A DNA stretch of 37,351 bases, from the NCBI GenBank assembly GCA_035256725.1, contig DATEXS010000123.1, forward strand, positions 1 to 37,351, written 5' to 3'. The position numbers and the translations under genes are program-made. The first letter of the stretch is position 1. Every line of letters begins with the position of its first letter. The notes below the pieces were generated by a model. It ran no database searches, was not told the DNA's origin, and was given only the letters and a program-made list of their open reading frames with translations. Of the stretch, positions 1 through 8,805 are shown piece after piece. This DNA is from Anaerolineae bacterium. Lineage in GTDB: Bacteria; Chloroflexota; Anaerolineae; UBA7937; B3-Chlor.

Positions 1-1
1 T

Positions 2-538
2 GCCAAGCGGTACAGCGTGGACCCGCTGGTGATCGTGGAGTGTGAGTATAATAACCTCAGCGAGCCCTATGTCCTTCAGGTGGGGCAGAGGTTGCTCGTA
101 CCGGGCGGCACGAGACCGCTGGTGCCCAGATACGTGCAAGCTACGGCGCCCCCGCCGGCCAACGCTCCACAGGGCTCGGGCAACTTCATGTGGCCCACCA
201 GCGGATACGTGTCCCAGAGCTACTGGCCGGGCCATCAGGCCATAGACATTGGGGGGGCCACGGGCCGGCCCATCTATGCCGCGGATGCTGGTTACGTGGC
301 GGCTACCGGCTGGATGGGCGGTTATGGTAACTACATCATTGTCGGCCACGGCAACGGCTTCGAAACGCTGTATGCTCACCTGAGTGAGATTCGAGTTATC
401 GTCGGCCAGGCTGTCCAGCGGGGCGCCTTGATAGGGTTGATGGGCAGCACCGGTCGCTCCACGGGTCCGCACCTCCATTTTGAGATTCGCCAGGGTGGTG
501 TGAAGCGCAACCCGATAGGTTTCCTGCCGCGCGGCTAG
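2..538 (+). CDS. LysM + M23 family metallopeptidase (5' end outside window)
   Basis: The frame is open from base 2 (AKRYSVDPLVIV...YVLQVGQRLLVPG, LysM-like), so the listed GTG at 17 is internal. The C-terminal half carries M23/LytM motifs: HQAIDIGG, YGNYIIVGHGNGFETLYAHL, GSTGRSTGPHLHFEIR. Confidence 0.85.
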   Translation, partial: AKRYSVDPLVIVECEYNNLSEPYVLQVGQRLLVPGGTRPLVPRYVQATAPPPANAPQGSGNFMWPTSGYVSQSYWPGHQAIDIGGATGRPIYAADAGYVAATGWMGGYGNYIIVGHGNGFETLYAHLSEIRVIVGQAVQRGALIGLMGSTGRSTGPHLHFEIRQGGVKRNPIGFLPRG

Positions 539-587
539 TTCCGGGAAGGGCCTCAAGCTCGTTGGTTGGTCGACCATAGGGCCAGGA

Positions 588-1331
588 GTGAATAGGGGTA
601 GGTTCTTCGTCGGTACCTCGGGCTGGAGCTACAGTAATTGGCGGGGCCTTTTCTATCCCCCCGGTATGCCTCAACGCGACTGGTTCACTCACTATGCCCG
701 GTACTTCCCCACTGTTGAGGTCAACTACACATTCTATCGACTCCCCCCAGAGCAGACCTTCCGGCGGTGGAAGGAACAGAGCCCGCCGGGCTTTGTCTAC
801 GCGTTAAAGGCTCCGCGGGTCATCACCCACCTGCGCAAACTGAGTCAGGCTGAGGAGCCTGTGAACAGGTTCCTGGAGCGAGCGAGGGGGTTGGCGACCA
901 AGGTGGGGCCTATCCTTTATCAGTTGCCCCCCAACTGGCACTGCGATGTCCAAAGGCTCGCGGACTTCCTGGCTCTCCTTCCAGGGGACTTACGCCACGT
1001 GGTGGAGTTTCGAGATAAGAGCTGGCACAACGATGAGGTTGTACAGCTTCTGAAGGAGCGGAACGTGGGCTTCTGCCATGTTGATGGGCCAGAGTTCGAC
1101 TGTCCGTTCCTGGTGACAGGGACCGTTGCCTACGCAAGGATGCACGGCGTAGGCGTCAAGTATGGCGGGTGTTATAGCCGCCGCCGATTGCAGCAATTGG
1201 CGGCACAGATCGGTGATTTCCTGGCGAGAGGGTATGACGCCTTTGTGTACTTCAACAACGATGCTCAGGCCTACGCTGTGGAAAACGCCTACGACCTTCT
1301 ATACCTGGTGCAAGAGGCGAGAGGGGGGTGA
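588..1331 (+). CDS. DUF72 family protein
   Basis: N-terminus FVGTSGWSYSNWRGLFYP...YARYFPTVEVNYTFYRLP is the typical DUF72 signature. The stop overlaps the start of the next gene (GTGATGATG). Confidence 0.8.
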   Translation: MNRGRFFVGTSGWSYSNWRGLFYPPGMPQRDWFTHYARYFPTVEVNYTFYRLPPEQTFRRWKEQSPPGFVYALKAPRVITHLRKLSQAEEPVNRFLERARGLATKVGPILYQLPPNWHCDVQRLADFLALLPGDLRHVVEFRDKSWHNDEVVQLLKERNVGFCHVDGPEFDCPFLVTGTVAYARMHGVGVKYGGCYSRRRLQQLAAQIGDFLARGYDAFVYFNNDAQAYAVENAYDLLYLVQEARGG

Positions 1332-2344
1332 TGATGCGTAAGGAAGCAATGCTCTACGAGAAGCTAGAAGACCAGCTGGTCCAGTGTGCCCTATGCGCAC
1401 ACCGGTGCAGGATCAAGCCAGCAGAGAACGGCATATGCGGGGTACGGGAGAACGTCGAAGGTGTGTTGAACACACTGGTGTATGCAGAGGCCATAGCGGT
1501 GCACGTAGATCCCATAGAGAAGAAGCCGCTATATCACTTCCTGCCCGGTACGCGAAGCTTCTCCATAGCCACCGTCGGGTGCAACTTCCGCTGCCGCTTC
1601 TGCCAGAACGCTGACATCTCTCAGTCCCCTAGAGAGGGGGTGCCTCTGCGGGGGGAGGAATTCCCGCCGGAGCGGGTCGTCGCTGGGGCCAAAGACCACG
1701 GCTGCGAGAGCATCGCCTATACTTACACCGAGCCCACCATCTTCTTTGAATATGCCTATGACACGGCGCGGCTCGCCAGCAAGGAAGGCATCAAGAATGT
1801 CTTCGTGACCAACGGATACATGACGCTCGAGGCTCTGGAGACCATCGGGCCCTATCTTGATGCCGCCAACGTGGACCTGAAAAGCTTCGACGACGGGTTC
1901 TACCGGCGGGTGTGCGGCGCCAAGCTTCAGCCGGTTCTAGACACCATCGAGGCCATGCACCGGCGGGGTGTATGGGTAGAACTAACCACGCTCTTGGTCA
2001 CGGGCCTGAACGATAGCGACGGAGAGCTATCTCAGCTTGCGCACTTCATCGCTGAGTTGGACCCGGACATGCCGTGGCACGTGTCGCGGTTCACCCCCCG
2101 CTACCAGATGCTGGACAGATCCGCCACCCCGGTGGAGAGGATACATAGGGCGGTAGAGATAGGCCGCGAGGCCGGGCTGAGATACGTGTACGCTGGCAAC
2201 GTACCGGGGGACACGTACGAGAGTACCATCTGCCCGTCTTGCGGAGCGGTCGCCATCGCCAGAATTGGCTACCATACGACCCTGAACCTGGAAGGCAACA
2301 GGTGTGCTTCCTGCGGCCAGGAACTGGCTGTTGTTCGGCAATAG
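1331..2344 (+). CDS. amrS: AmmeMemoRadiSam system radical SAM enzyme (AmrS-like)
   Basis: Has the CNFRCRFCQN radical SAM CX3CX2C motif, an N-terminal VQCALCAHRC cluster, and DPIEKKPLYHFLPG. Length and C-terminal CPSCG...CASCG match this family. The start could be 1328, 1331 or 1334. Confidence 0.8.
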   Translation: MMRKEAMLYEKLEDQLVQCALCAHRCRIKPAENGICGVRENVEGVLNTLVYAEAIAVHVDPIEKKPLYHFLPGTRSFSIATVGCNFRCRFCQNADISQSPREGVPLRGEEFPPERVVAGAKDHGCESIAYTYTEPTIFFEYAYDTARLASKEGIKNVFVTNGYMTLEALETIGPYLDAANVDLKSFDDGFYRRVCGAKLQPVLDTIEAMHRRGVWVELTTLLVTGLNDSDGELSQLAHFIAELDPDMPWHVSRFTPRYQMLDRSATPVERIHRAVEIGREAGLRYVYAGNVPGDTYESTICPSCGAVAIARIGYHTTLNLEGNRCASCGQELAVVRQ

Positions 2345-2360
2345 GATGGAGGGATGGTCG

Positions 2361-3485
2361 ATGTTAGACAAACATGAGTTGAGGGAGTTGGCGAGCTACA
2401 GAGATGAAACGAACCTCATCTGCAGTTTCTACTATCCTCTGGAGAAGGGCGAACCGACAGAGCAGGGCAGCCTGATCAGACTCAGGAACATGATCAATGA
2501 CGCTATGGCCAATCAGGGCGACTGGACAAGTGCCCAGGCCAAATCGGTCTACGATGATCTGGAGCGCGTCGAGGGCCTGGTGACGGAGGAGTTGGTCTTG
2601 ACCCGTGGCGGACTGGCGGTGTTTGCCTGCTCTGCCGCCGGCTTGTGGAGGGTATTTCACCTGCCCGACAAGGTGGGGCCGTTGCTCGCGGTGGACCACT
2701 CCATCCGCATGAGGCCGCTAATTGAGTTACTGACCCATTACGAGCGGTATTGCACGGCCCTGGTAGGCAAGGGGAGGGCGAGGATCTTCCTCCTTGACGC
2801 TGCCGGGGTTGAGGAACGCTCGGACGTATTCGGAGAGGTGCCAGGGAGGCACGATCAGGGTGGCTGGGCCCAAGCACGGTACCAGCGCCACCATGACGAT
2901 CGTGTGATGCGCCACTTGAAGGATACGGCCGAAGAGACCTTCTCCATGCTCCAGCAGGAGGAGTTCGATCGACTGTTTGTCGGTGGGACCGAGGAGCTGG
3001 TGAGTGAATTCGTCGAGCATCTACACCCCTACGTGAGGGAGAGGTTCGCCGGCTCGTTTCCCGCTGAGATGACCAGTTCCCCTGCTGAAGTTCAGCGGTT
3101 GACCATGGCTGAGGTGAGCGAGCTTCTCGAGGCTCGCGAGGGCGATGTGATCGAGAAGCTGCGTGCAGAGGTGCACTCCGGAAATCTGGGCGCTGCAGGG
3201 CTTGAGGACACCATTCATGCCCTGCAGAAGGGCCAGGTGATGACGCTGCTGGTCAATGAGGACTTTGAGAGTTCTGGGCTTCGCTGCACCAGTTGCGGTC
3301 AGTTGTCCTTGACCAGCCCATGCGCCTTCTGCGGGGGCGAGACCGAGGTCCTGCCCAGCATGGTCGAGGAACTGGTCAAGCAGGCATTCCTTCAGAACTG
3401 CGAGATGATGTTCATAGGCGGCGACAACAGGGAGAAGCTCGCTGAACTGGGGGGCATAGGCGCCCTGCTAAGGTTCGCTGGCTAG
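2361..3485 (+). CDS. aeRF1-type release-factor-like protein (bacterial baeRF / VLRF1-Vms1-like) with C-terminal zinc ribbon
   Basis: ATG at 2361 follows GGAGGG with an 8-nt spacer, and the listed 2304 start overlaps amrS. HDQGGWAQARYQRHHDD is the motif I associate with bacterial eRF1/Vms1-like proteins. A CTSCG...CAFCGG ribbon lies near the C-terminus. The family call is from memory of motifs only. Confidence 0.55.
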   Translation: MLDKHELRELASYRDETNLICSFYYPLEKGEPTEQGSLIRLRNMINDAMANQGDWTSAQAKSVYDDLERVEGLVTEELVLTRGGLAVFACSAAGLWRVFHLPDKVGPLLAVDHSIRMRPLIELLTHYERYCTALVGKGRARIFLLDAAGVEERSDVFGEVPGRHDQGGWAQARYQRHHDDRVMRHLKDTAEETFSMLQQEEFDRLFVGGTEELVSEFVEHLHPYVRERFAGSFPAEMTSSPAEVQRLTMAEVSELLEAREGDVIEKLRAEVHSGNLGAAGLEDTIHALQKGQVMTLLVNEDFESSGLRCTSCGQLSLTSPCAFCGGETEVLPSMVEELVKQAFLQNCEMMFIGGDNREKLAELGGIGALLRFAG

Positions 3486-3781
3486 GCTGCGCCCTGCTTT
3501 GTCCTTGGTCACCTGGCGACAAACGCCGTCGGCTTGGACCAGGATGCTGCGGTGCCGATGGAGCATGTAGCGATGGCCGGTCCCGGTAGTCTCGTGGAGA
3601 GGGAGACCCTCTGCGGTTGTCGCTCGCCGCATCTCCCTGGCCTGGGCGAAGAGCCAACTGGGCGGGCAGGTTCACCGGGCGTCAGGACGATACACCTCGG
3701 TCGCTGGGGCCGACCTCGGTGCTGAGACGCCGGGGTCCTCCGCGTACAGGCAGGCCCGACCGTTCGGGGCTTTGCGTAGCT

Positions 3782-6544
3782 CTATGAGGAGCCGCCTGGC
3801 GGGCCCGCCGACTCGACGGTTGGTGTAGGGGTGTCTGTGGTCGTTGGCGTTGCCGTAGGCTCTGACGTCGGCGTCTCCGTGGGTGTCGGGGTCGGTGTCT
3901 CTGTCGGATAGGGCGTATCGGTTGGCCTGGGCACGGCGGTAGCTGTCGAAGTGGGGGTTGGCACGAGAGTCGGCGTCGCCGTATGCGTTGGCTCCGGTGC
4001 CCAGGTAGGGGTGGGCAAACCGTTGTTCACCACAACCTGGGTCCTGGCCTCGGCGCACTGACCCTGGCGGTCGCAGACCACGACGCGCAGAGAGTAGAGG
4101 CCGTTGTCTAGCTCTTGCGTTCGCCAGCGGGCCAGGAGGCCGTTGTGTACCGGTTCCTGTCTGGGCCCGGCCACCGTTCCCCAGCCGATGGGATCTGGAC
4201 CGACTCCGTACTCCACGACGAAGTGTGAGAAGTCCGACATGTCTGCCGTGCCCCAGACTTCGACTCTTCCCCTCACTTCCTCTCCCATGGCGGGCGAGGT
4301 CAACTCAACCGCTGGCGGATTGGCGTGCAACTGGCATTCTTCCCTTGGCGGCTGCGGGATCCCCGCCCGCTGCGCCCACTCGGCGTATTCTTGCGGATAC
4401 ACCTCGAAGATGCGCTCTTGCACCACTTGGGGTGGGCAGAACTCCGTTGCCCTCTGACCAGTCGTGGTACAGATGCCAATCTTTTGATAGATGTTGTCGG
4501 GCTCTGTCGGTGCGGTTCCGTCCACGAAGATCTCTGTCCTTCTCTCTGTGCAGAGCTCCGTGGGGGCCATTCCAGAGCGGGCACAGATCTCCGCCCGGAC
4601 CAGACCGGAGGGAACCGGGAAGTCTCTTACCGGTGTGCCCGCCAGGACGCGCTCCATGAAGTTGTGCCAGATGTGTCCAGCTCCGGTGGAGCCGGCCACA
4701 TGATCCATGGGGGTGTTGTCGCTGTTGCCCACCCAGACCCCGGCGACCAGATCGGGCGTGTACCCGATGGTCCAGCTATCCTTCCAGTCGTCTGTGGTGC
4801 CTGTCTTGACAGCCGCTGGCCTGGACAGGCGAAGAGGGCTGTCAGGGCCAAACGCCGGCGTTCGCGCCTCGTTGTCGGCCAGAATGTGGGTGATCAGGTA
4901 GGCATGTTGGGCAGAGATGACCTGGTCCCCAGCGGGGGGCTGGTACTCCTCGATCACCCGGCCCCGGCTATCCTCTATCCGCATGATGGCTACAGGGGGG
5001 ACCCGGATTCCTCCGTTGGCAAGGACTCCGTAGGCGGCGGTGTGCTCGAGGAGCATGATCTCGCCGCCCCCCAGGGTAAGAGAGAGGCCGTACCTTTCGG
5101 GCTCGGTGAAGGTGGTGATGCCCAGCCTGCTGGCCATCTCGATCATGTTCGGCACGCCCACGAACTGCAGAGTCTTCACCGCGGGGATATTGTAAGAGCA
5201 GGCCAGCGCCTGCCGCACGAGGACCGGACCGTGCTCCTTCCCGTCGTAGTTGTTGGGTACGTAGGGAGCTCCCGGTGGGTTGGGGAACTCCGCGGTCACG
5301 TCCATGATCAGTGTGGCCGGAGTCCATCCTTTCTCAAAGGCCGCCAGATAGTTCACCGGCTTGATGGACGATCCAGGCTGCCGCAAGGCCAAAGCGACGT
5401 TCACCTGGCCGTCTATTTGTTCATCCCAGAAGTCGACGCTCCCCAGCATGACCCGAATCTCGCCGGTCTGAGGGATCGCGGCCACCAGTGCAGCATTGGT
5501 GACGTGTCTGTCGGCAAGGGCACTGACATGCTCCCGCGCTGCCTCTTGAGCGATCTCCTGCATCTCCAGATCCAAAGTGGTGTAAACACGCAGGCCACCC
5601 TTGTACAGCATCTCCGTGCCGTACTTGTCCTCCAGGAGCTTGCGCACGTAGACCACGAAGTGAGGGGCTTTCATGTCCACGCGCAGCACGCTATAGTGGA
5701 GCTCTTCATTCCAAGCCGCGTCAGCCTCTGCCCTGGTTATGTACCCCTCTTTGGTCATCAGCCCCAGCACTGTCTTCTGACGTTGCTTCGCGAGATCTGG
5801 GTTGGTGTAGGGGTCGTAGATGGACGGGGACTGGGGGAGACCTGCCAGCATGGAGGCTTCGGCCAGAGTCAGGTCCCGCGCTTGTTTTCCGAAATAGGTT
5901 TCTGCGGCGGCCTCGATGCCATAGGACATGTTCCCGTAATAGATCTCATTGAGATAGATCTCCAAAATCTGGTCCTTGGAGTATCTGCGGGTGATCTCTT
6001 GGGCCAGGATCGCTTCCTGCAGCTTGCGCGTGAAGGTCTGCTCGGGAGAGAGGATGATGTTCTTCACCAACTGCTGGGTGATGGTGCTGGCCCCGGTGAC
6101 GATCTCGCCCTCGGTGACGTTGAGCCAGACAGCCCGAGCGATGGCCAGGGGATCGAAGCCGGGATTGCTGTAGAAGGTCTTGTCCTCAGTGGAGATGGTG
6201 GCATGAATCAGGTCCTCGGGGATCTCCGCAATGGGCACGTACGTGCGCCGGCCAGCGTTGGCATCGAAGACCTCGTAGAGAAGCTGCCCGTGGCGGTCGT
6301 AGATCTTCGTGCTCAGGAATAGCGTACGGGCACCCAACTCCTCGGCTGGAGGCAGGGTCAGGGCATAATAGGCGTATACGGTGGTGGCTCCGATCAGGCC
6401 AACAAAGAAGAGAAGCAGCGCAACCAGCACCGCAACGAGGAGCCCTTGCACGAAGAAGCTCAGCCGCCCGCGGCGCGCGGGTGGCCCGCTCGATAGGCGG
6501 GGGGAGGACGACAATGGAGTTGTCTGCCAGTTGCTTCTAGACAT
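3782..6544 (-). CDS. Class A penicillin-binding protein (PBP1A type) with extra C-terminal domain and PT-rich tail
   Basis: N-terminal TM segment. GT51 motifs EDKTFYSNPGFD, GASTITQQLVKN, RKLQEAILA. Transpeptidase motifs GSSIKP, CSYN, KTGTTDD. Confidence 0.9.
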   Translation of the reverse strand: MSRSNWQTTPLSSSPRLSSGPPARRGRLSFFVQGLLVAVLVALLLFFVGLIGATTVYAYYALTLPPAEELGARTLFLSTKIYDRHGQLLYEVFDANAGRRTYVPIAEIPEDLIHATISTEDKTFYSNPGFDPLAIARAVWLNVTEGEIVTGASTITQQLVKNIILSPEQTFTRKLQEAILAQEITRRYSKDQILEIYLNEIYYGNMSYGIEAAAETYFGKQARDLTLAEASMLAGLPQSPSIYDPYTNPDLAKQRQKTVLGLMTKEGYITRAEADAAWNEELHYSVLRVDMKAPHFVVYVRKLLEDKYGTEMLYKGGLRVYTTLDLEMQEIAQEAAREHVSALADRHVTNAALVAAIPQTGEIRVMLGSVDFWDEQIDGQVNVALALRQPGSSIKPVNYLAAFEKGWTPATLIMDVTAEFPNPPGAPYVPNNYDGKEHGPVLVRQALACSYNIPAVKTLQFVGVPNMIEMASRLGITTFTEPERYGLSLTLGGGEIMLLEHTAAYGVLANGGIRVPPVAIMRIEDSRGRVIEEYQPPAGDQVISAQHAYLITHILADNEARTPAFGPDSPLRLSRPAAVKTGTTDDWKDSWTIGYTPDLVAGVWVGNSDNTPMDHVAGSTGAGHIWHNFMERVLAGTPVRDFPVPSGLVRAEICARSGMAPTELCTERRTEIFVDGTAPTEPDNIYQKIGICTTTGQRATEFCPPQVVQERIFEVYPQEYAEWAQRAGIPQPPREECQLHANPPAVELTSPAMGEEVRGRVEVWGTADMSDFSHFVVEYGVGPDPIGWGTVAGPRQEPVHNGLLARWRTQELDNGLYSLRVVVCDRQGQCAEARTQVVVNNGLPTPTWAPEPTHTATPTLVPTPTSTATAVPRPTDTPYPTETPTPTPTETPTSEPTATPTTTDTPTPTVESAGPPGGSS
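3785..4025 (-). repeat. Low-complexity Pro/Thr-rich coding tract (C-terminal tail of the PBP)
   Basis: Translation is PTPTWAPEPTHTATPTLVPTPTSTATAVPRPTDTPYPTETPTPTPTETPTSEPTATPTTTDTPTPT. The DNA is imperfectly repetitive. Confidence 0.6.
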
Positions 6545-6612
6545 CGCTTGGTAGCATGAACCGCTGTCGCGCTCTCTTGGTCAACGGGTACGAGAGGCTC
6601 CCCGCCAGATCC

Positions 6613-8001
6613 CTACTGGCCCCGGAAGGCCTGTTCCAGGGCAAAGAGGAGGTCCGGCTCCTCGCCATTCAGGACGGTCCGCGGATCCAGTATGTACTGA
6701 CCTGCCTCGATCCTGCCCACCACGGCGGGCTCTGCCGTCCGCAGGCGCTGGGCCAGACTGTCCGGTGCGGGGTGTTGGAGGGCAACTAGTCGAGTGGGCA
6801 GGGTCTCGCCAGGCAGGGAGCCGCCTCCCACCGTCGACAGGCCAGGGATGACCTGGGCACGGGCTCCCATCTGTCCCAGCCTTTCGACCCAAGAGGCTGC
6901 CCTCGCCTCTATGCTTTCCAGGTCCAGACTGATCATCTGCCAGACAGGAATCTTCTCAGTCGCCTCGTCCCTGGCATAGTGCATGAGCGTGGCCTGGATG
7001 CCGGCGATGGTCATCTTGTCCACTCTCAGGGCACGGGCCAGTGGGTGCACCTTGAGGGAGGCGACGAGATCTGCCCGCCCGATGATGATCCCCGCTTGCG
7101 GTCCTCCCAGCAGCTTGTCTCCGCTGAAACAGACCAGGTCTGCACCCTGGGAGAGGGCCTCCTGCACCGTCGGCTCATGAGCCAGGCCGAAGGCTGACGT
7201 ATCCAGAAGACAGCCACTGCCCAGGTCCTCCACGGTGAGCAGTCCATGTTGCCGGCCAACCTCTGTCAGTTCGCTCAGAGGTACGTCTTGTGTGAAGCCC
7301 AGTACCTTGAAATTGCTGTGGTGCAGGTGCATGAGCAGCGCCGTTTCCTCGGTGATGGCGCTCTCATAGTCAGCGACATTGGTGCGGTTGGTGGTTCCAA
7401 CCTCCACGAGGCGCACGCCGCTCTGGGCCATAACGTCAGGGATGCGGAAGCCGCCGCCGATTTCTACTAGCTGGCCACGCGAGATGACCACTTCCTTCCC
7501 TCTCCCCAAAGCACTGAGGACGAGTAGGACCGCACCGGCATTGTTGTTGACCAGCAGGCCTCCGCCAGCGCCAGTGAGATGTCTGAGCAGTTGCTCAGCG
7601 TGCTCATAACGCGAGCTTCGTGAGCCAAGGGCCAGATCGTATTCCAGGTTGCTGTAGCCCTGGGCCACCAGGTCCATGGCCGTCCTGGTGTCTTCACTGA
7701 GGGGGGCACGCCCCAGGTTGGTATGGATGATCACGCCCGTGGCGTTGATCACTCTGCGCAGCGTGGACGCGCTTCGCGTCTCCAGGTCCGCCAAGACCCG
7801 ATCCAGTAGTCCATCCATGGTGGGGGAGGGCTCTCCATGGGCTATCTCGCGTCGCGCAGCGTCGATGACGTGCCTTACGCTTTGCACAACCAGGGAATGC
7901 CCCTTCTCGCCAATAGAGGGCTGCAGTTCGGCCCTTTGGAGGATTTTTTCCACGCTGGGTAGTTTGCGCCGTTCTTCGTGCATTGGGTGGCCCAGGATCA
8001 C
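6613..8001 (-). CDS. selA: L-seryl-tRNA(Sec) selenium transferase
   Basis: LPSVEKIL N-terminus, INATGVIIHTNLGRAP, and FSGDKLLGGPQAGIIIG (PLP-lysine region) are typical SelA. The start is either GTG 8001 or ATG 7983. Confidence 0.9.
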   Translation of the reverse strand: MILGHPMHEERRKLPSVEKILQRAELQPSIGEKGHSLVVQSVRHVIDAARREIAHGEPSPTMDGLLDRVLADLETRSASTLRRVINATGVIIHTNLGRAPLSEDTRTAMDLVAQGYSNLEYDLALGSRSSRYEHAEQLLRHLTGAGGGLLVNNNAGAVLLVLSALGRGKEVVISRGQLVEIGGGFRIPDVMAQSGVRLVEVGTTNRTNVADYESAITEETALLMHLHHSNFKVLGFTQDVPLSELTEVGRQHGLLTVEDLGSGCLLDTSAFGLAHEPTVQEALSQGADLVCFSGDKLLGGPQAGIIIGRADLVASLKVHPLARALRVDKMTIAGIQATLMHYARDEATEKIPVWQMISLDLESIEARAASWVERLGQMGARAQVIPGLSTVGGGSLPGETLPTRLVALQHPAPDSLAQRLRTAEPAVVGRIEAGQYILDPRTVLNGEEPDLLFALEQAFRGQ

Positions 8002-8017
8002 CTTGGTGCGTGTTCCT

Positions 8018-8046
8018 ATTATACCGGATGGGGTTAGTCAAGGCAA
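8018..8046 (-). promoter_or_regulatory. sigma70-type promoter for selA (and probably the PBP gene)
   Basis: The minus strand reads TTGCCT, a 17-nt spacer, then TATAAT. The -10 ends about 16 nt before GTG 8001, implying a very short leader. Confidence 0.5.
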
Positions 8047-8613
8047 TGGATCAGGGCAGGAGGAAAGGGTCGCCACAGCCGCCAGTTGAAGCGGACCGGG
8101 TCTACTTTCACGCGCGTGCGAGCAATCGCCACCACCCAAAGGGACTTCCGGAGAATATTCCGTGAGTCGATCTGCCACTTTCCGGCCCTGTTAGCGACCA
8201 GGCTGGCCTGTCCGAGGGGCTCTCTCCGAGCAACGCTTTGACAGGCGGCGAGCCCTCCTTGGTGATGGGTCGTCGGCATCGTGAAGCTCCGCGCATCTAG
8301 TGCCCTGCTCAGGTGTTGAGGTACACAAGCTTGGGGTCGGGACCGACATTCGCCGCTGATCCCGATTCTGGCCGGTCAGGGAAGGCGCCAGCGTGTGGTA
8401 GGCCTGCCCGGCTGGGGATAGGAAACGCGACGGATAGGTCGGGGCGCTGGCTGTCTGGGGCCGTGGGCGGTAGGTCCGGGACGCGAACGAGGAATGGTTG
8501 AGCAAAGCGGGGATCGGAATTGACAGGCCCACATATAATGCACCGACATATGCCCTTTGTGCTCGGCCGCGGAATGCGGCTTGGCATACGGCTCTGCGGG
8601 TGATGGCGGGGAC

Positions 8614-8642
8614 TTGACATTTTGTGGGATATATGCTATTAT
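8614..8642 (+). promoter_or_regulatory. sigma70-type promoter for the permease transcript
   Basis: TTGACA, a 17-nt spacer, then TATTAT, with TGc immediately upstream (extended -10). About 155 nt upstream of ATG 8806. Confidence 0.5.
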
Positions 8643-8721
8643 AATGGGTTAGGTGGCCCCGAACGCCGCGAACAGGTCTCTCTGGTTGGATTCCCACATT
8701 CAGGGGTTGCACGAGGAGGTG

Positions 8722-8793
8722 ATGCCAACGAAAAATAGAGACGGGTCCGTTTTGAAACCACGAGAAGCTAGCATGCCCATTGGAGGGAAATAG
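8722..8793 (+). CDS. candidate 23-codon leader ORF (MPTKNRDGSVLKPREASMPIGGK)
   Basis: The ATG is preceded by GAGGAGG, but with only a 2-nt spacer. Its TAG stop lies inside the AGGAGG Shine-Dalgarno of the permease gene. Too short to judge coding potential. Confidence 0.25.
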   Translation: MPTKNRDGSVLKPREASMPIGGK

Positions 8794-8805
8794 GAGGTTT
8801 CGAAA

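Noticed and set aside
3486-3781. Small RNA or ORF in the roughly 300-bp convergent gap after the aeRF1-like gene
   Set aside because: It has only short stems (AGAGGG/CCCTCT, CCCGA/TCGGG) and no promoter-like element or convincing terminator. Nothing supportable.
4325-6322. 665-aa plus-strand ORF
   Set aside because: It is entirely antisense to the well-supported PBP1A gene. It is Arg/Gly/His/Val-rich with no motif, a typical high-GC shadow ORF.
8075-8100. Possible tRNA-Sec near selA (minus-strand loop CTTCAAC with anticodon TCA)
   Set aside because: Only three base pairs can form next to the loop, where tRNA-Sec needs a 6-bp anticodon stem. No T-loop or acceptor stem found nearby.
8520-8539. 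Perfect TTGACA and TATAAT hexamers
   Set aside because: They are separated by only 8 nt, so they cannot work as one promoter. Neither has a suitable partner at 16-18 nt.
8705-8765. Two CACGAG (ACGA-containing) motifs in the permease leader, reminiscent of guanidine-II mini-ykkC hairpin loops
   Set aside because: The flanking bases do not form the required GC-rich stems around either ACGA.
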